Shown: positions 14,323 through 27,264 of the stretch, in pieces
How positions within the stretch are numbered: the stretch's first letter is position 1
How the letters are laid out: the number at the start of each line of letters is the position of its first letter
NCBI GenBank assembly: GCA_964016885.1
Contig: OZ024740.1
Location: 205,902,001-205,966,000 of the forward strand
Length of the DNA: 64,000 bases
Direction of reading: 5' to 3'
Source: Eledone cirrhosa
Lineage: Eukaryota
Position numbers and translations under genes: made by a program
The notes under the pieces: model-generated
The model's database searches: none
Seen by the model: only the letters and a program-made list of their open reading frames with translations
What the model was told of the DNA's origin: nothing

Positions 14323-14549
14323 TTAAACCTTTAACATTAAACCAGCCATATCTGGCCAGAATTCTCTCATCTCTTTCTGTTCAAACTGCTGTAATCAACC
14401 ACTCATACTTATGTTAAGGTATTGTTCTCAAAATAAATAAAATCAAAATCTCATAGATTCGATATTATGTGAGATAATTGTGTGAGATAAAGCCTTTACC
14501 ATGAAAATAAACTAGTAAATATAGAGTAATGTAAATGGTAAAGAGTTAA
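14323..14549. mobile_element. TTAA-flanked piggyBac-like MITE (diverged)
   Basis: ttaa-acctttaacatt ... aatggtaaagag-ttaa; homologous to copies at 21287, 26528 and 39128. Confidence 0.65.
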
Positions 14550-15785
14550 AATTAGTGAAACTTTTGCTACAACTATCTTTATTTTTTCCTTTCTTTTCTT
14601 GTTGAGATATAGGTGAAATAAATTCAATTGACCCATACAAGCATGGAAAAATGGACGCTAAACAGTGATGAGGATGAACAAAAACAGTATATTACTGGTA
14701 CTTATCGTCAACATAGGTTCAAAAAATAAAAATTGTCTCTTGAGAGAGTTGAGCTCAGATTCTATATCTGCAATTTTCAACATTTTTCAATCTACAGAAC
14801 ACTGCATATGGGCAACCCTGGATTAACCAATAAGTAAAATAAGCATGTGCTTAACACTTTAAGAAAAGAGGAGGCCTTCATAGAGTTTTGTCCCACAACA
14901 GTATACAGGAGCCTTTTCTCTATATTGTATATGGAGGTACTATAATCTTTTCAGTTCTTAGGGTCACTCTAGGTCTTAATCAAACCTGGCATAAGGATGC
15001 TGCAAATGTTATGGCATGCCATCAACTTTTTAAAAGATGAGTATTAGAATGTTGTTAAAATAGTGATGGGTGCATGCATTACTATGTTTTCTTTAAAGAA
15101 TATGCACATACATTAGTGCAGTATATTAAAAGCACTCAAGTTTTCTAAAAACTCACATCATACTTGAAAACCATATGTGGCACACAAGGATGTCACAATG
15201 CAGTGACTAAAACCATCTGATCTAGATATTTTAGGCATATTTCTCTTGATCTCCATTGAGTTTCATATTTATAGTGAAAGGAACACAGGATTCTGTGAGA
15301 GCTGTACATTTTGTCAAGAATACCAATGACATGTCTATCAGATAATACTTGCAATTTTCATTTCAACCCTTTTGTTACCATCGAATAAATAATTTTGAAA
15401 ATTATCAAGAATCTGTTCTGTTTATTAAGATGTTGTTTGGAATATAACTTAAAGATTCTTACATAAAATTATGATGGAAGTTTTTTTTTAGATAAATATA
15501 AACACGTTCAAATTAACAGTTTTGTATTGTAGACCCAGGGGTGGTTTCAGACGGTTTAGTATCAAAAGAGTTAAGAACTTAAGCTGTTGGAAACCTCTTT
15601 TGTTCTACTCCTAGAAGTTTATAAGGAGGAATGCCCATTTTAGGGAATCTATATTTAAAGGTCTACCAACTCCAACGTATGAATAGCTTTTATTTTATCA
15701 AGAAAGTAATTAAAAAGGTTTCATTAGGTAACAAAGCATCCATATTTGCAAGCTACGGTTGCTTATTACATCTTTAGGTATACAA

Positions 15786-15994
15786 ATGGCTGAACGAGAT
15801 TTTGCAAAATATCTCGTATGAAACATCATGAAAGATACAAGGAAGGTAACTCTGGTGTGAAAAAAAACCTTTTCCTTCAGAAAATAGCTGATAAAAGAAA
15901 AAAAAAATTGAAATCTAGTCCCTCTATTACATACACACATATCAGCAATATATATATATATTTACATATATATACACACCTACACACACACACA

Positions 15995-16061
<67 letters not shown>

Positions 16062-16430
16062 GCATAAATAAATATTAGGTAGTAACATGTGCTTACGCCG
16101 TATTTGACTAAATAAAATTAGTCTCATAGATTAGATTTTAGAAAACCCTCTGAATGGAAAAAAGGATGAGTTTTGAGGTATATGGGATACGAACCCACAT
16201 CTTTGGTTTGCCGGACCAATGGTAACACATTGGTCCGGCAAACCAAAGATGTGGGTTCGTGTCCCATATACCTCAATACTCATCCTTTTTTCCATTCAGA
16301 GGGTTTTCTAAAATCCAAACTATGAGACTAATTTTATTTAATCAAATACGGCGTAAGCACATGTTACTACCTAATTTTCAAATTCGCTAGCTGTTTCTAA
16401 ACAAAGCCTGCTTTGTGTCTCCCTATTTAT

Positions 16431-16466
<36 letters not shown>

Positions 16467-16625
16467 TGCTGATATGTGTGTATGTAATAGAGGGACTAGA
16501 TTTCAATTTTTTTTTCTTTTATCACCTATTTTCTAAAGGAAAAGTTTTTTTCACACCAGAGTTACCTTCCTTGTAACTTTCATGATGTTTCATAGGAGAT
16601 ATTTTGCAAAATCTCGTTCAGCCAT
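15786..16625. repeat. Nested inverted repeats: outer arms 15786-15949 / 16465-16625; inner palindrome 16074-16375
   Basis: Direct reverse-complement comparison; inner loop gtaaca at 16222-16227. Confidence 0.9.
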
Positions 16626-16753
16626 ATATATATATATTATGGTTAATTGGTGAAACTCCAGAGTAACAAGACTCACCACTCTAACCATAATAAATTAATA
16701 TCTAAACTCTACTCCAGTATTGAGTACACATTCTCACACCCATATGCCTATTC

Positions 16754-17130
16754 ACATATGGCTTAGTGGTTAGAGCATTGGCCTTGCAATCGAAAGGTTG
16801 TGAGTTTAATTCTCAGACCGGGTGATGTGTTGTTTCCTTGAGCAAGACACTTTATTTCACATTGCTCCAGTTTACTCAGCTGTAGAAATGGGGTTCATAT
16901 CATTCCACTGCAAAGTGGTCGTGGAGGTGCCACGGCAAAAAAACACCCAGCCCACACTGTAAAGTGGATGTGTAGGTGCCACGGAAAAAAGCACCCAGCA
17001 CTCACTGTAAATGAGGTTGGTGTTAGGAAGGGCATCCAGCTGTAGAAATCAAGCCAGAATAAGTTCCCATCCCACCCTTGCAAGTAGGGAAAAACGGACG
17101 TAAAATGATTATGATGATGATGACGATGAT
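16754..17130 (+). mobile_element. SINE family B
   Basis: Same head, body and tail as 8767-9114. Confidence 0.85.
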
Positions 17131-18614
17131 TATAGTAATAACTTACCTTAGTGATACTTTACAACATTGTCACCCATAACTTCTCTCAGTATATCACTCA
17201 CTCATTTCATATACTCTTACTTAAGACAGGTGTAGCAAACATTAACATTATCTCTCTGACCAAAAAAGACTATTTTTATGCTCTCTTGTTGTCTTTCTCA
17301 TCTTATTTTTTCTTGCTCTACTTCCCATCTCACATAACATAACTTTTGCCTAACCATCTGCAAAGTATGTCGATATGCTCACCAAACATATATAAAATAA
17401 ATATATAAATGTTCACAAAACACACAACTGAGCTTTACACAGATAAATGTCTGCCATCATGAGCATGTGTGTGCATATATGAATGAATGTCTTGTGATAT
17501 ATATTGCTAATATATTGATGGTAGATGTGTATGTAACTTTCAATATATTTTTTATTTTTTCCAAGCTATTTTCCAAAGGAAAACATTATTTTATCCCTTT
17601 TATTACTTCTTTGCTTTCATATTCTTTTTCATCTTTTCTAATACTTTCACACAAAATGTTTTGCAAAATCTTGTTCAGACATTTGTATACACATTTGCCT
17701 GAATATATGACTAACATTCATAGCTTGCACATATGGAGGCTTTGTTCTTGTTGATATTTTTCCAATACATACATACATGATGGCTGCCCCCTCGTTATCG
17801 AGTATGGCCATTGCACGATATACCATTATTAATAATTATTAATTAATTCTATCGTGCAATGAAGAAATTTTTTGAAGTGAGGGAAGACTGTGCACTAAGC
17901 CAATCCCACTCTCTGAACGACTAGCTATAACCCGAAAAGAAGAAAAGATCAACATCAATGGTAACTACTGAGCCGCAGGTTTTATATCAGTTATCCCAGT
18001 TTCCTGATTTACCTTCTCCTAGAAGAATGCCCTGACAAAGGCTAGGGGTCATTCACTCCCAGTGGTTTAACCATGCAGTACATGTGTATATACATATTTA
18101 CACACTTTTGAATGGCCGTTGCCTGTTATGAGTTCTTCCGCCCTTTGTCGGGTCACTCTTGAGTGCTACTGGTAACATGTAACCCAGTACAACCTGTCGC
18201 ATGGTCGGGTCGTTGGCGACTAAACCGGCAACCCCACCAAGTTTACTTGGTGAGGAGGGTGATTTTGGACACCCTGCAGGACAAAAAACAAAACCTGACA
18301 AAGGGTGGACATACATACATACATACATACATCTACAGACCAATGATAAGGAGTTTGCAGATCCAGTATCCAAGATACACCTTCAGCTTCATACCCATTA
18401 TTATTGGTTATATACCAACTTGCTTGCACCAAAGTATGACTGAACTTGGATTTGTGGATAGCTGAACACTTGATGGAATGTGAGACCATACATGGCTTGC
18501 TTGGTAGATCAGTGGCTCCGCTTTAGTACAGACTTCGTCTATATGGACCAGTCCAGCCCTTGTTAGCAGGGAAAGAAGATGTTAAAATGACAATGATGAT
18601 GATGTATATTTATA

Positions 18615-20540
18615 TACTTAGCATTTGTTAAACTGGAGAAAGCTTTTGACTGAATCCCTTGTTTTGGTGGGCTCTTAGAAAACTAGGAGTAGATGAATGG
18701 CTTGTGAAGGCAGGACAAGCCATGTATAGAGGAACAGTCATCAAGGTTAGAATTTACAATGACTATAGTGAACAATTTAGCATGCAGGTAGGAGCCCATC
18801 AGGGCTCTGTTCTTAGCCCCCTCCTGTTTATTATCATCCTGCAGGCTATAACAGAAGAGTTTAAGACTGGCTACCCATGGGAACTTCTGTATGCATATTA
18901 TGAAACTCTTGTAGCCAAATCTATGACAGAATTAGAGAAGAAATTCCAAACCTGGAAGTATAGTCTAAAATCAAAAGGTCTTAAAGTCAACTTGACAAAG
19001 AATAATGTCCTAGTATGTAGAAAGGAAAACAGGGCCCAGATTTCACCAGGAAAATGGCCTGGCTCTGTGGGCTGAAAAGGAGTAGGAAGATATTCTATCC
19101 TATGTCAAACTATGTCTATCCCAAATGCAAGCTATAGGTACACAAGAGCTGTAGTGACATTTCAGGCAGGCTAGCAAAGAATGTAAGTTTTATACGTGGT
19201 CAATGAACAGATGCAATAAGTAGCAAGAGCTTACAGGATACTAGCTCCTTTAAATGTCCAGAGGGTTCTGTAGAAGTAGTTGATAATGTCTGTTAACTGT
19301 GTGGCCAAATTAGTAGTGGAGGTGGTTGTTCCAAAAGTACAGTAGCCAAAGGGAGAACGGGATGGAGAAAGTTCAGGGAGCTACTGCTGCTAACTAGAAA
19401 AGGTTTTTTCCTCAAAATAAAGAGCAGATTGTATAATGTGTGTATATGAACAGCTATGCTATGTGGTAGTGAAACCTGGGCACTGTGTGCAGAGGACCTA
19501 CAAGGATCGGAAAGAAATTAAGTTTGCCTGCTTCAATGGATGAGTAATAGTAGTATATATGAATAGCAAAGTGTAAATGAACTGAGAGAGAAACTGTGCA
19601 AAAGAGGGATCAAATGCAGTGTGCAGGAGAGGGGATTGTGGTAGTATGGACATGTGATGTATATGAAGGGTGACAGCTGTATAAAAAGGTGCAGGGTACT
19701 CAAAGTTGATGGTAGCTATCGAAGAGGAAGGCCTAGGAATGCTTGGGATAAGGTAATAAAAACTGACCTCACACAATTGCACTTCTCAAAGGCAATGACA
19801 CAGCATTGTGATCTCTGGCATTATGCTGTACTGCAGAAGACCTGCCTTCCCATTTGCACAGGATGAAGCAAATCTAGTGGTTTCTAGTATGCACTACTTC
19901 TCCCCCTCCACCAACCATACTCCTCCCACTTTTTAATCACTCCACTCCTCACCAGCAAGTACCCCACACTAGACCTACCTCTCCAGTCCCTACCTTACAT
20001 ATATGCACCCCCACCCCAACTTTCCCCAAGTATGGAAAGCTGAACATGTTCTCCTACAATGCTGCTGAAATGGCTAAAAGCTCTCAGTTGCCCTTGTAAG
20101 GTGGTGAATATGTTGGGGACATGATAAGAGGCCTCCAGCCCACCTTGTAAAGTGGTCATGTTTGTGGCATGATGGAAGGCACCAGATCTGCCAGTGGAGT
20201 GGTTGTGTTGGTAACATGACAAAGAGCACTGAATCTGGCTTGCAAGGGGGTCGTGGTCATGATAGTGATGTAAGGGAAAGCATCCAGTCCACCCTGTAGG
20301 GTGTTCATGTTAGAGATTTGGCATGACAATAAATTCTCAGCCCATCCTATAAAGTGGTCATGATAGCAACACAGCAAAAGCACCCAGTCCACACAGTAAA
20401 TGTGGTTGGCATTAGGAAGGGCATGCAGCTGTAGAAACCAAGCCAGAAATGGTCATCTCATCTAACTTTTCTTACAACCGGACAACCTGCCTAACCCATG
20501 CTAACATGGAAAATGGATGTTAAACAGTGATAATGATGAT
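18615..20540 (+). pseudogene. Old degenerate RTE LINE (RT to 3' UTR)
   Basis: WWALRKLGVDEWLV...HQGSVLSPLLFII, with many stops; RRGRPRNAW; 3' UTR subrepeats and atgatgat tail. Confidence 0.9.
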
Positions 20541-21286
20541 ATATTATAGAATAAGATGCCTGATAATCAAGCTTAAACTATTTTTATATCATATCTTAAT
20601 CAATTGTTTTGCCTGACCTTGTGTTCATTGTGGATTTCTGTTTAAAATTTACAAGAGATCTTCATAGTTATCCAATTTACCAAAAAAGATCTTAGTTATA
20701 ATTCGACAATTAACCAGTCAGCAATAGATTCAACACTATGTTGTAATCACAAACCTAATTATATACTCCACTAAGAAGATTACATTGATCAGAAAATCAT
20801 ATTTGAAAATTAATTTCTCATCTAGTTCAACTCTGTAATAATACAGATGCAAGCATGGCTGTATGTTTGAGGAGTTTACTTTGCAACCATCTGGTTTTGG
20901 ATCGAGTAATACAGACTTTGAGCAAGTGTCTTCTCTTATAGCTTCGACATGACTGATGACCTATGAGAAATATTTAGGACCCACTAGAAGGAGTGATTGA
21001 GAACTCTTCCCCCTCCCCTACAACCCTCTCAGGAATAAGTGGGCAAAGAAGAAGAAGAAGAATCACTGCAAAAGACCATTTTATATATATGTGTGTCCAT
21101 GTCTGTGTTTATGTTTACTGTTTGTTTACATCCTGTAACTTAGCGTTTCAACGAACAGGGATTGTTAAAACATCCAACATGTAATAGAGATTATTCTTAT
21201 GCATTTCAGATATTATTGTGTCCTCATCGAAGAATAACTCCCCCTATTCTGTGTATGGAGGAACATTATGATAACATTGTTATTGT

Positions 21287-21502
21287 TTAACCCCTTATTA
21301 TTTAGACTGGCCATATCCAGCCAGAATTCTTTCACTTATTTCTTTTCAAACCAGCCGTAGCTGGCCACTCATACTGATGTTAAGGTAATGTTCTCAAAAT
21401 AAATAATATAAAAATATCATAGATTCAATATTATGTGAGATAAAACCTTTACTGCAAAAATACAATAGTAAATATAGAGTAATGTGAATGCTAAAGGGTT
21501 AA
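21287..21502. mobile_element. TTAA-flanked piggyBac-like MITE
   Basis: ttaa-cccctt...ctaaaggg-ttaa. Confidence 0.7.
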
Positions 21503-21647
21503 CTAAATACATAAGAATATTTTCCAATATTTTTCTGTGTATAGTGGAATGGTTGAGAGTGTTTACACTTGACACTTCATTCTTTTTACAGCTTCTTATT
21601 TAAAAACAGAGGTTTATATCTACATTGAATATTTATTATTATTATTT

Positions 21648-22350
21648 ATGGATTGGCAGTATCGGTAGAGGGTCGGATGCTATGCTTTGACGCAAAGAGT
21701 TACGGCCCTTTCCATTCTGAGTTCAAATTCCGCCGAGGTTAACTTTGCCTTTCATCCTTACGGGGTCGATAAAATAAAGTACCAGTAATACACTGGGATA
21801 ATTGCTGGCCTTGTGCCAAAAGTAGAAACAATTATTTATTATATGAGGGCTGTGGATTGGCAGTATCGTAAAGTAGCAGACACCATGCTTTGCGGCATAG
21901 AGTTATGATCCTTTGCGTTCTGAGTTCAAACCCAGCCGAGGTTAGCTTTGCCTTTTATCCTTAGAATAAAATACCAGTTATGCACTAGGGTTGATTTAAT
22001 CGACTTTCTCCTCCCCCAAATTTGATAGCCTTGTGACTAAATGAGAAACGATTATTAATTATATTGTTTACATTATTATTTATTCAACTATGTCGCCACA
22101 TGTATACTTGTCATACAAATTAAACCGACCATTTGAGATATTTTCTATACGCTCTATGACATATATAGCTTTGCTATAGTAATATCATAGGCGGTGAATT
22201 GGGCAGAGTGATTAAGACGTCGGATAGAATGCTTTACGGCATTCGTCCTACCTCATTGCGCGCTCTGAGTTCAAATCCTGCCGCGGTCAACTTTGCCTTT
22301 CATCCTTTCGAAGTTGATAAAATAAAGTACCAGTCCAGTACTGCGGTTGA
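21648..22350 (+). mobile_element. Three SINE family A copies (~21648-21834, 21850-22050, 22190-22350)
   Basis: Each has ctgagttcaaa plus the tttgccttt.atcct core. Confidence 0.8.
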
Positions 22351-23984
22351 TTCTTTCTCTATAGAAAAAATCAGCTGTGTTCAGACCTGGAGAGGGTTGG
22401 GCTCTGTGACGGCACCTCTACAACTCCACAAGGAGTTATGGGATCTTTGTCCTTATATAGCAATATTCCTTTGTACAAATAGTCATTCACTGATGAAGAT
22501 GAGATGCAATAACATCTGAAATGTATAAATGTAATCTCTTATGTTTTCCTGTGTATGGAGGGATAGATGAAAGAGTTTACACTTCACACGTCATTCTTTG
22601 CACAACAAAGGCTTCTAATTCAAAAACAGTTGTTATAAATACCTTAAGTTTACTTTTAAATCTTTAAATATATGCTGTGTTCCTATATACTATATATATA
22701 TCGTTTCATCCCACGTCTTCCATCTTTTGGGGCATCCTTCAACTTTTAAAGGCCAGCACCTCTTTAAACAGCTGTCATGTGCATCACGTGACCATACAAC
22801 TATTTGATCCCTCATATGCTCAGTTTCGCCCTATATAACATCATCCTCATCATCATCATTTAACATCCATTCTCCACACTAGCATGGGAAGGACGGGCTG
22901 ACCCTTTGGGAGAGAATCAGGTCAGAGGACTGTGTTTCGCTCACCTGGGGCTGATTGTAGCTTTATTTCTACAGCTGGATGCACTTCCTAATGCCAATAT
23001 TTACAGTGTCTACTGGGTGCTTTTTGTCATGTCACCTACATGACAACTTTACAGCATGGAATGTGCACTTTTTTGTGTGTCACCGACACGACCACATTAT
23101 AGTGTAGACTGGGTGCTTTTGTCTTGACACATACATGACCACTATACACTGAGGGCTGGGCACTTTTGTCGTAGCTCCAGGTGGGGCCCACTTCATGGTG
23201 TGGGGTGAAAACTAGGGAGGGTGGGGGAAGAAGCTTGGGGAAATTGACGATGTAGGTAATAGGGAGGGATGGTTATGGGAAAGTGTATGGGAGCGGAGAT
23301 GGTAGAGGAAGGATTTGCCTATTAGATATATGTCTCAGCTCAAACATATGGGAGGATGAGTCTTCTGTATATATATATTATATATATATGAATATACATA
23401 TATAAATATGTCTGTATATATATAACCATGGGTTTGCACCAAGCCCGGGCAAGGTTTGTGGAAGATCAGCATACCTGTGCCCCCTCCCCACACCACCAAT
23501 GCTGTCCAAAGGAAAGGCAATGGCCGATAGAGCCTGGCACTAGTGATGCCACAATGAAATAAAGTGTCTTGCTCAAGGACACAACATATCACCTGGTCTG
23601 AGAATTGAACTCAAAACCTCTCAATTGCAAGCCCAACACTCTAACCATTAAGCCATGCACCTTCACTCATATATATGTGTGTGTGTGTGTCTTGTTCTTG
23701 AGCAAGACACTCCATTTCACACTGCTCCAGCTCAATCAGCTGTAGAAACAGGTTGTTATGTCAATAGCGCCTAACTGTATTAGCCACTGCTCCTCCCCTG
23801 GACAATATCACTGACGTGGAAAGGGGAGACCGGCATGTATAAACAACTGCCAGCCTTGCACAAACAACCCTGCCCAGACTTGTGCCTCAGAGAGCAATTT
23901 TCTAAGTGCAAATGCAAATCATGGTCACTCATAACCAAAGGGGATCCCCACCCCAAATATATATATATATATATATAGGAAAAT

Positions 23985-24075
23985 AGTCAAGACCCCGATG
24001 GCTGAGCTCCGGCTGTTCCGACAGCTAGATCCGAACTGTCAAAACGGCCGGAGCTCAGCCATCGGGGTCCTGACT
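23985..24075. repeat. Short fold-back palindrome of the gaccccgacggctgagctc family (degenerate HHR 3' half)
   Basis: agtcaagaccccgatggctgagctccggc ... gccggagctcagccatcggggtcctgact; homologous to 59535-59655. Confidence 0.75.
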
Positions 24076-24239
24076 CTTTATGGAGAAATACTTTAATTTT
24101 TATAAACAGACACAAATGAAATCTACCACATCCTCGAAAGAAATACATTTTAACTGTTAATTTCATTCTCTCTCTCACACACACTCTCTCTCTTCCTCAT
24201 TCTCTCTTCATCTATCACTTTATCTCTTCATCTATCAAA

Positions 24240-24885
24240 TTGGGCCGGATCAGATCAGATTGGATTGTATCAGATTGGATAGATTAATATCTACCCAATC
24301 CAATCCATTATGACCCAGCCCAATATGATCTGATCTGACCCAAACCATTTTGATCTAATCTGGACCATTTTGTTCTGGCTCAAGCTGATCTGATTTGGCC
24401 CAATCTGGTCTGAAGCAATCAAATCTGATCTAGTCTGTTCCAGTCTGATCCAATCCAGCCCAATCTGGTTTGGAGCAATCCGATCCAGCTTGGTCTCAAT
24501 CTGATCCGGTCTGGTATGATCCGGTTTGATCTGATTCAGTTTGATCCAATCTGGTCTGATCTGATCCAGTTTGATTCGATCCAGCCTGATCTGATTTGGT
24601 TTGATCTGATCTGGTTTGATCCAGTCCGGTTTGATCTGGTCTGATTTGATCCGGTCCTGTTTGATCCAGTCCACTTTGATCCAGTCCGCTTTGATCCGGC
24701 CTGGTTTGATCCAGTCCAGTCTGGTCTGATCCAGCCCTGTATGATCCAATCCAGTCTGGCCCGATCCGGTTTGATCTAATCTGGTTTAATCCCATCTGGT
24801 TTGATCTGATCTGTCCAGGTCCAATCCAATACAGTCTGATCTGGTTTGGCCTTATCCAGTCATATCAGAATTGGACTGGATCAGC
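24240..24885. repeat. Degenerate pentanucleotide satellite (GATCT/GATCC/GGTTT/AATCC)
   Basis: 5-bp periodicity; the repetitive minus-strand ORFs are a consequence of it. Confidence 0.85.
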
Positions 24886-25057
24886 TCAAAGACAGCATGA
24901 AGAAACTGATGGTCAGACAACTGAAAGGCTATGTGAATAGAGAGCATGAACAAAAGATTTACGATTTAAAAAGGTTGCTGAGTGGAACTTCGCTGCTTTT
25001 AGTTACAATCCAAATCATGCCTGTGCCTTAGACCCTTTCATTCAAATTTTCTCAATT

Positions 25058-25540
25058 TGTCCAAATTGTGGTGCTGAAAAATGGAATGGTGAGTCAACTG
25101 GATTGTACTGTTTTAATGAAAAGACCAAGTTGAAACTATTAACTGAACCACTAGAACTCTTGAGGGGACTACTGAATTTGGTACAACTACTGAATCAAGT
25201 CACTTTCTTCAAAATATCCAGATGTACAATAATGCATTCCAAATGACATCCATGAAGGTGGCTTTATGGCCACTTTCAAGATTCAAGAGCAAATGTAACA
25301 TAGAATTGGACCACTTTCAGAATAAAAAGTAAAATATTTACAACTGTATTTCACCATTGATATGAAAAACCAGGCACAGATATGAAAGGAATAAAAAAAC
25401 AAAGTATGAAATCATATTGCATCTAAAAGATGAGAAAAACAGCCATATTAGAAGTTTCAAATATGCCCTAGAAAATGAACCTGTAGAAGAACTCAAAGTA
25501 CTGATAAATGCTGGCAAGAGGCCATCAGGAGAACATTAAA
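25058..25540 (+). pseudogene. Helitron RepHel N-terminal fragment (decayed)
   Basis: Piecewise translation CPNCGAEKWNGESTG...SHFLQNIQMYNNAFQMTS...GFMATFKIQ..HRIG...YLQLYF...VLINAGKRPSGEH. This matches the Helitron helicase-like N-terminal motifs (NIR.YN.AFQMTS, PTFK.QGQ.YH.IG, KRP.GEH) as recalled from memory. Confidence 0.85.
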
Positions 25541-25967
25541 ATACACCTGAATGTACATGGTGGTGAGAGGAATCACATTGTTGTTATTGTTGATGATCAT
25601 GATGATGAAAAGCTTTAAGTTATTATAAGCAGTTGAATTTAGGTTCACTTTAGCTTTCATTCAGATAAAATCAATAGAATTATCACCTATAGTAATATTA
25701 TTGTACTCACTGTAGACATGAGCCTATGACACTGTATAAACATTTACAAATATAGAGGTACATGATCATACATGCATATGTGATGGTTGTCTATTTGTGA
25801 TTATGGAAGACCATCATCAATTATTAATGCGAATCAGTGGCTCTTAAACCTGCCAGACTCATACATATCTTTTGGTAAACCTTACAAACAAAGCTGCTTA
25901 CGTGCACATTAGTATGCAGATGTGTATTCTGATATATATCACTGTGTATTATTAATGCACCAATAAG

Positions 25968-26180
25968 GACGGTGGATTTGACAGTATTGGTAGAACGTCG
26001 GACATGCTTGATTGCATAGAGTTATGTCCCTTTACGTTCTGAGTTCAAAACCCGCTGAGGTCAGCTTTGTTTTTTCATCCTTACAGGGTTGATAAAATAA
26101 AGCACCAGTAATGCACTGGGGTCGATTTAATCGACTTCCCCCTGCCCCCAAATTTCTGGCCTTGTGTCTAGTAGAAATCA
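25968..26180 (+). mobile_element. SINE family A
   Basis: Same head and core. Confidence 0.78.
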
Positions 26181-26527
26181 TTATTAATGAATGCACCAAT
26201 AGATTTACAAACCTTCCCACATGAACTCCATGTTGTGTTAACTACTCTCACAAATTTAATGCAGCCAATTTTTTTCTGGTCTTATGAATTAGTGGTGACT
26301 AATTAAACCAGTCTTGGAATGTCATATACAACTACAATTACCATAAATCAAGTTTATCCAATCCACATCACAAATTGTATGTTTTCATGTAGCAAACTTA
26401 AATTTTGTATGAGAGATGAATAGTTTTTCAAAACCTATCCTTTATTCATTGAAGGCAATGAAAAACATGTCTTTCCTAGTTGTTCTCATGTATTTTAAAT
26501 GTTTTTAAAGAGAGCTTTACACAGTCC

Positions 26528-26757
26528 TTAACCCTTTAGCATTTAAGCCGGCTGTATCTGGTCAGAATTCTTTCCCCTTTTTGAAACCAGCCATAACCAG
26601 CAGTTCACCATGATATTAAGATATCATTCTTAAAATAAACAATAACATCATCAAAATCTCGTAGACTCGAAATTATGAGAGATAATTATATGAGATAAAG
26701 CCTTTACCATGAAAATACAATAGTAAATATAGAGTAATGTTAATGCTAAAGGGGTAA
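26528..26757. mobile_element. TTAA-flanked piggyBac-like MITE
   Basis: ttaa-ccctttagcattta ... taatgctaaaggg. Confidence 0.7.
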
Positions 26758-27264
26758 ACTACAGCCTTGGAGTTTTTAGTGTTGTTACATTCAAATTTTG
26801 TCTTTGAAATACTAATAATTGTTTCTACATTTGGCACAAGGCCAGCAATTACCAAGTATGTTACTGGTACTTTATTTTATTGACCCCGTAAGGATGAAAG
26901 GCAAAGTTAACCTCGGCAGGATTATGGTTGAAAGATTGTGTTTGGAAAAACATTACATTGCAACATAAGGTAGAGAGGACACTCTAGTGTGTGGGTGTGG
27001 GTGGGGTGGGGGGTGGGGGCATGATAAAATACACCTTGTAAACTCTGCAAAATAGTTGGTGATAGGAAGGGCATCCAGTTGTAGAAGCCATACCAAATGG
27101 AACATATCTCAGTGGGATGTGCTCTTCCAACTTGTCAAGCAAGACAATGGCTCCAATTAAAGACTGATTTGGTCTGTAACAACTTTTCCAACCTATGCCA
27201 GCATGGAAAAACAGACATTAAATGATGATGATGATGATGATGATTATGATGATAATGATGAGAT

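Noticed and set aside
24291-24795. Repetitive DQI/DWI and GSDQT minus-strand ORFs
   Set aside because: A product of a 5-bp satellite; no splice or start context.
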